A DNA stretch of 64,000 nt from a virus. The stretch covers positions 17,008 through 81,007 of the IMG/VR virus record IMGVR_UViG_3300020125_000051; one strand, written 5' to 3'. This document shows, in pieces, positions 59,644-64,000 of this stretch (position 1 is its first letter; the number at the start of each line of letters is the position of its first letter). The notes beneath the pieces are model-generated. The model was not told where the DNA came from. It saw nothing but the letters and a program-made list of their open reading frames with translations, and did no database searches. The translations under genes were made by a program, and so were the position numbers.

Positions 59644-60057
59644 TTATCCTTTATTTGTTTTATTTGTCAAATTTTGTGTTGCTCTATACTGACGATCGTA
59701 TAACCGTTTATACTCTTTACATAAATCACATCTACAATGATGATAAGTATACCCAGAACCAGTACCGTGCGGTACTGACCTATTATAGTTTTCATCATTG
59801 TTTTTTAATGCATGACAAGTTTTACATAAAACTTGGCATTTAGCTAATTCATTTATTCGCTTTGGATTTGTTTTGGCTAATGACCATACGCTCGCCACGG
59901 CGAATCCTTTGGAAGATTTATCTTTGTGATCCACTTCCAAATTTTCTTTAGAACCACACCGTTTGCATGGACCGTTTTCGTTGATCCACTCTTCTCTTCT
60001 AGCCTTAATCCAAGCCAATTGGTATTCACGTTTGTCTTCTTTTGAAGCAAAGGGCAT
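59644..60057 (-). CDS. HNH endonuclease with C-terminal CRC Zn motif
   Basis: C..CG...LEVDH, CQVLC..CH..K and HGT.SGY....CRC..C; start taken at MPFAS. Confidence 0.8.
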   Translation of the reverse strand: MPFASKEDKREYQLAWIKARREEWINENGPCKRCGSKENLEVDHKDKSSKGFAVASVWSLAKTNPKRINELAKCQVLCKTCHALKNNDENYNRSVPHGTGSGYTYHHCRCDLCKEYKRLYDRQYRATQNLTNKTNKG

Positions 60058-60080
60058 AATCACCACCCTATTATAATAAG

Positions 60081-60163
60081 CGGAAGATAAAGGATTCGAA
60101 CCTTTGGAGGTTTCCCCCACTGTCTTAGCAGGACAGCCCGATCGTCCACTCTGGCAATCTTCC
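60081..60163 (-). tRNA. tRNA-Ser(GCT)
   Basis: Loop CTGCTAA; long variable arm. Confidence 0.9.
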
Positions 60164-60216
60164 AGATGCTAGCAGAGCCACGCAACTCTGCTAGCATTTC
60201 TCCTCCCCCGGAGAAG

Positions 60217-60288
60217 AACCGATGACCAGAATCGAACTGGCATACTCTGATTGGAAGTCAGATTCCTTAACCATTAGGAGACATCGGC
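60217..60288 (-). tRNA. tRNA-Gly(TCC)
   Basis: Loop CTTCCAA; U73. Confidence 0.9.
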
Positions 60289-60290
60289 AG

Positions 60291-60421
60291 ATGTTGGATA
60301 TAACTTGTGATCGGCGTTTTGTTCTACTTCCCAATTCTGGGTTGGGCGTGCTAAATTACACTAAACTCAACAGTTTCCTGTTTTCTTGGGTTAGATAACC
60401 AATCAACTTTCGACCCAACAT
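60291..60421 (-). ncRNA. Y-RNA-like Y4: tRNA-like domain opened at the T loop
   Basis: Ro-type stem, GAAA-capped acceptor, D arm, and CCCAA-CCCAGAA-TTGGG arm. Confidence 0.75.
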
Positions 60422-60727
60422 GTAAAACATAATCCGCACCAGTGCAACATACGTTGGACGATGCGGAAGATTGATTGCCCTTCCAATCATAGCGTCTAGA
60501 ACGCTTATGGTTCCAAGCCTGTGATCTTCCCCAATATGATTGGAAGGGCATTTGCAGCACACGGGACAATGGTACCATTGTAAGGCGCCCGGTGCAACAG
60601 CAATAAAACCATGGTAGTGATGGGCTGACCTAATTTCACCACACTTATAGTTCGTCACGAAGATTATTGAACTATAAGACTACAGCCAGTACCGACCATC
60701 GATAGCACCACACCATGGAGCTAGTGC

Positions 60728-60837
60728 TATGGATATATTAGCGAATATCGGGTTTAACTAGGCGCCGAGCCATCGATGGAGTCGAACCATCTTTCGTCTG
60801 ATTAACAGTCAGATAACCAATATTCTTTCGACCCATA
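60728..60837 (-). ncRNA. Y-RNA-like Y5: tRNA-Asn-like domain opened at the D loop
   Basis: Ro-type stem, TCTGA-CTGTTAA-TCAGA, and GATGG-TTCGACT-CCATC. Confidence 0.78.
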
Positions 60838-60840
60838 ACG

Positions 60841-60911
60841 CGCGAACTGTAGGATTCGAACCCACAATAACCGCTTTGGAGACGGTTGTGTTACCATTAC
60901 ACTAAGTTCAC
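60841..60911 (-). tRNA. tRNA-Trp(CCA)
   Basis: Loop CTCCAAA. Confidence 0.9.
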
Positions 60912-61020
60912 TAGAGCAGTGGATATCTGTGATGCACTCACCACTGCGTTGTGCAATGACATACGGCCGTATGCCAACCCGCTAACCATACTTGTTGAGC
61001 TTTCGGTTAGTTCGGTCCAG

Positions 61021-61093
61021 TACCCTCAGAAGGAATTGAACCTTCTACTTCTACGTTCGTAGCGTAGCGCTCTGTCCGATGAGCTATGAGGGT
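61021..61093 (-). tRNA. tRNA-Arg(ACG)
   Basis: Loop CTACGAA. Confidence 0.9.
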
Positions 61094-61098
61094 TAAAA

Positions 61099-61232
61099 GT
61101 TTGGATATAAGTTGAAATCGGTGTTTTTATATGCGCTCTGCCACTGAGCTAATATACGGAATTTCACCGTACGATACAGGAGTCGAACCTGTGACCTCAT
61201 ATTCCTGATAACCAATTTCTGTCGACCCAAAC
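61099..61232 (-). ncRNA. yrlA: YrlA-type Y RNA (Y6): tRNA-like domain opened at the anticodon loop
   Basis: Ro-type stem, then T arm ACAGG-TTCGACT-CCTGT, loop-closed acceptor, and D arm TAGCTCAGTGGCAGAGC. Confidence 0.88.
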
Positions 61233-61238
61233 CAAAGA

Positions 61239-61403
61239 CTAATTAACAAATGATTGGAACGCAGATATTACGTCGTTGTCGTCACTTACAGCTTCAACAA
61301 TACGTTTAGCTGCCTTTGCCAATTCTGAATCTGGCGCTGTTTCAATGAGATCCTTTAAATCTATTTGTGAAACATCAACCAGTGGTGTAAAGACTTGATC
61401 CAT
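61239..61403 (-). CDS. FxSxx-COOH (FxsA)-like peptide, 54 aa
   Basis: Translated by hand: MDQVFTPLVDVSQIDLKDLIETAPDSELAKAAKRIVEAVSDDNDVISAFQSFVN; SD GAGG. Confidence 0.72.
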   Translation of the reverse strand: MDQVFTPLVDVSQIDLKDLIETAPDSELAKAAKRIVEAVSDDNDVISAFQSFVN

Positions 61404-61567
61404 TTTTACCTCATTATAGAAATGTGTCTGGCGCTGTCCCCAATATCACAGCCTCTAGCAACCTACCCCACCAGCTACATTATTTTGATTACGTGTCTCG
61501 AACCAACACCACACGCTTGTCAGACCCATACTGGTGCAGGATGTCTGATTTCCACTAAAAAGCTAAT

Positions 61568-61635
61568 GATACAGATATAAAAACGCTATCGGAGTAATCA
61601 TCCAGTAAGATAACCGACAGCAATCGACCCGCATC
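61568..61635 (-). ncRNA. Y-RNA-like Y7 (minimal)
   Basis: GATGCGGGTCGA..GTCGGTTATC..CCGATAGC..TATATCTGTATC. Confidence 0.72.
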
Positions 61636-61644
61636 ATAAAAAGT

Positions 61645-61798
61645 CTCGTGAATATAGTTAAGAATCGACCGTTTATTCTCACACGCTATGGACATAAACC
61701 ACTACGTGCTGCCACTGCCATGTGGCGTGCTACTGGAGTAAATCCAGTAACAGGATTCGAACCTGTAATTAGATAATCGATTCAATTCGACTCACGAG
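61645..61798 (-). ncRNA. Y-RNA-like Y8: T arm, closed acceptor and an extra domain
   Basis: Compensated stem GAGTCGA/TATATTC and ATCGA/TCGAT; ACAGG-TTCGAAT-CCTGT; TACTGGA/TCCAGTA. Confidence 0.75.
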
Positions 61799-62160
61799 TC
61801 AAATCCTTGCCAATCTTTAAAATCTGGAAAAGCTTCTTCAATCGTGTATGTCAACCTTGGTCGAGTGGGATTTATTACCCTAGTTTTCGACTTAGGCTTT
61901 TTGGCACGATCATTATTGCAATTTATATGCGCAAGTACCATATTATCATCTGATCGTGCTTCTTCTTTTGTACAGAATTGAAGTTCTTTAATGTGCTCAC
62001 GGGACGCTTCGTCTCTGCGACATGGATTGAAGCAGATTTGACATATCCCGTTATCACGAACAAAGATTCGATTCAATTGCACAGTTTTATCGTTTGAATC
62101 TTTTCTATTTCTACGGGCTGTAGCATTCATTGTTTCATAATTAGGCTTTTTACGGCTCAC
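61792..62160 (-). CDS. HNH endonuclease
   Basis: RD.GICQIC, S.EHI and N.VLAH..CN motifs. Confidence 0.8.
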   Translation of the reverse strand: MSRKKPNYETMNATARRNRKDSNDKTVQLNRIFVRDNGICQICFNPCRRDEASREHIKELQFCTKEEARSDDNMVLAHINCNNDRAKKPKSKTRVINPTRPRLTYTIEEAFPDFKDWQGFDS

Positions 62161-62272
62161 ATATTATCACCACCTAGCTTTTTTAGTGCAACTCTTCTTC
62201 CATCACCACGGCATGTGAACATGTTGGGCGGCAGATGCTTCATAATGGAACCTTTAGTTGCCATCGTATCAG

Positions 62273-62346
62273 TGGCGGGAATCGGATTCGAACCGATGAC
62301 CTCTCGGCTTATGAGGCCGGAATGCTGACCACTGCACTACCCCGCT
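62273..62346 (-). tRNA. tRNA-Met(CAT), initiator-like 1:72 mismatch
   Basis: Loop CTCATAA; A1-C72 mismatch. Confidence 0.88.
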
Positions 62347-62432
62347 ATGATGGTGGATTGTTGGAAATTGCTTAATAGAGCCAACTTCTCTTCGGATATT
62401 ATACCGGATATTGGACATCCACCATGCCCTAG

Positions 62433-62504
62433 TACACTCAGAAGGAATCGAACCTTCAACCCTCGCGGTGTAAACGCGATGCTCTGCCATTGAGCTACGA
62501 GTGC
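62433..62504 (-). tRNA. tRNA-Val(TAC)
   Basis: Loop TTTACAC. Confidence 0.92.
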
Positions 62505-62805
62505 AAAGTGCAGCAGAATTTCCGGGGAATGGCGGGGGCCATTTTAATTCTGCTGCACGTCTAGCTGTCCAATTAATAAGTATGTGGGTATCCTTTTTCG
62601 CCCCTTAAGCGATACCCGTTCTTAATCTGTGGACTACAATTCGGGAATTGTAATCGGGACTATCCGCGTGGTAGTGGTGAAACTACCACGCTCTAACGCA
62701 GCCGCACAAGGGTAAAATTGGACGAAAACCCCTCGGGCGCATTAGGCTTTTGAAAACTATCAAATTTTCAAAGGTCTATTTGGGTGTCAACCCGCTGTCA
62801 CATCT

Positions 62806-62834
62806 ACGGTACGGGGTCGAGTCACCGCTGTCAA
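62806..62834 (-). promoter_or_regulatory. Housekeeping-sigma promoter facing the tRNA/Y-RNA island
   Basis: TTGACA-17 nt-TACCGT (TAnnnT -10 element). Confidence 0.65.
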
Positions 62835-62951
62835 GACTTTATCTGAAAAATCTATTTACGCAGGTCAGAGCCTTGATCAATTGATCAGGTTCGATGTAGA
62901 CATGTGTACGAACGTGCACATTCAGACAAATGTGCACGAACGTACGCAAAT

Positions 62952-63955
62952 CTAGTTTACTAAAAAGTCCTTACTTTTTTGATCTAACCATAGCCACATA
63001 AACCCACCAGTTTGCGGTGTTACTGCAAACGATGACATTCCATCTACGCGCTTATGATCCATCAATCTGGCTATCAGACCAAAAATTTCCGCATTGGTAT
63101 CAGATATTCGATAAGGAAATTTTGATGAACCAGAAGATATGATATTAGCCATAAAATGCGCCAAGTATCCAAGAAGGATCATCACGATCTGGAATGATTG
63201 CTAGTGCCTTAATTGCTTTGTCTAACAGTTGATTGGCTTGATGCAAAATTATTGGTGGGCTAATAAGCTCTGCGCCCCAATCGTTAGCTTCATAAGTCCG
63301 TGCTGACAAAATGAGACCAGGGTAGTCATATGAACAATATGTTTCAATTGTTACCCCAATTTTTTGCATAGCTTCTCGGCGTCGAGCCCAGTAGCCAACA
63401 CTTACTTCCGGATCTACCCATCTTTCAGTAAATCCAACAATTTCTGCCAATAGCAAGTTTTCAATATCATCAACAGTTTGATGCCTATCTTCAAGAATAT
63501 GCCGTAGCTTACTGGCTGGCTTATACTTGAAATTCCACTTTGAATCTCTATTGCCAAGATTATAGCCATAAGCAAGAATTGATCTAGGACTACTTCCCAT
63601 TATCATCTACCTTATTCACGTAATCCATTAGGTTTTCATGATCTTCATAACACGTTTTATTCTTACATGGAGTTTCGTGCTTATAAACTGTTACTAGTTT
63701 ATAACAATCTGGTCGATTCTTTGCATTTGGATGACATAGCCGTTCGTTATTATATCCACGACTAAAACCACCAGCAAAGTTTGAACACTGTCGACCACAG
63801 TGATCACATTTTGTCACTTTACAAACTGCATCTGAACCAAAAAGGCTTCTCTTTGGTTTTGGTCTATTGTCAACTAACGGCATTATTTTCCTCTCACACT
63901 CTTTTAATTTAAAGCTACTTACGAGGTTTACGAGCGCACCATGGTCGTTTTGCAT
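62952..63955 (-). other. Three hypothetical ORFs (62952, 63145, 63590)
   Basis: Overlapping - strand ORFs. Confidence 0.5.
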
Positions 63956-64000
63956 AACTGAATATTGCGGATACCAATTGAACTTCTATGTCTCCGTTAA

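Noticed and set aside
60356-60658. 100-aa ORF overlapping Y4
   Set aside because: Its 3' third runs through the conserved Y stem and it has no recognisable domain; coding status could not be supported.
55031-61798. Dispersed repeats read as a CRISPR array or attachment sites
   Set aside because: Spacing is irregular, conservation is structural with compensatory changes rather than identical, and there is no cas operon or integrase in the window.
62690-62735. Hammerhead ribozyme suggested by GGACGAAA
   Set aside because: No CUGANGA core at a compatible position.

Overview
This window is about 64 kb of a large, fairly AT-rich tailed phage of siphovirus type. Gene content points to an actinobacterial host (inference). 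The + strand (1-25 kb) carries the virion module: terminase, portal, protease/scaffold, capsid, head-tail genes, tail tube, a frameshifted chaperone, tape measure, minor tail proteins and a GH25-like endolysin. It ends at a bidirectional terminator. The - strand (25-44 kb) carries replication and nucleotide genes: RuvC-like resolvase, ThyX, a UDG-PolA fusion, primase, SSB-like protein, AAA ATPase, MazG, a Cas4-like nuclease and an SNF2 helicase. The - strand from 44 to 63 kb is an RNA-rich island with 28 standard tRNA genes covering all 20 amino acids, three aberrant tRNA-like genes and many structured spacers. The most striking system lies in this island: a Ro60/Rsr (TROVE) gene with eight Y-RNA-like genes that share a covarying Ro-type stem (5' GGGUCRA..YGGUUAUC / CCRAU..UAUAUCC 3'). 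Their loops carry different cargo. Four display a tRNA cloverleaf opened at each of its four arms (acceptor end, T-loop, D-loop, anticodon loop), one carries a T-arm plus an unknown domain, and three are minimal. A permuted copy of the same helix covers the ribosome-binding site of the Ro60 gene, suggesting autoregulation. Also notable are an FxSxx-COOH (FxsA)-like peptide inside the Y-RNA array and at least seven ORFs that start exactly 2 nt after a tRNA discriminator base. All calls come from manual reading; no database searches were run.
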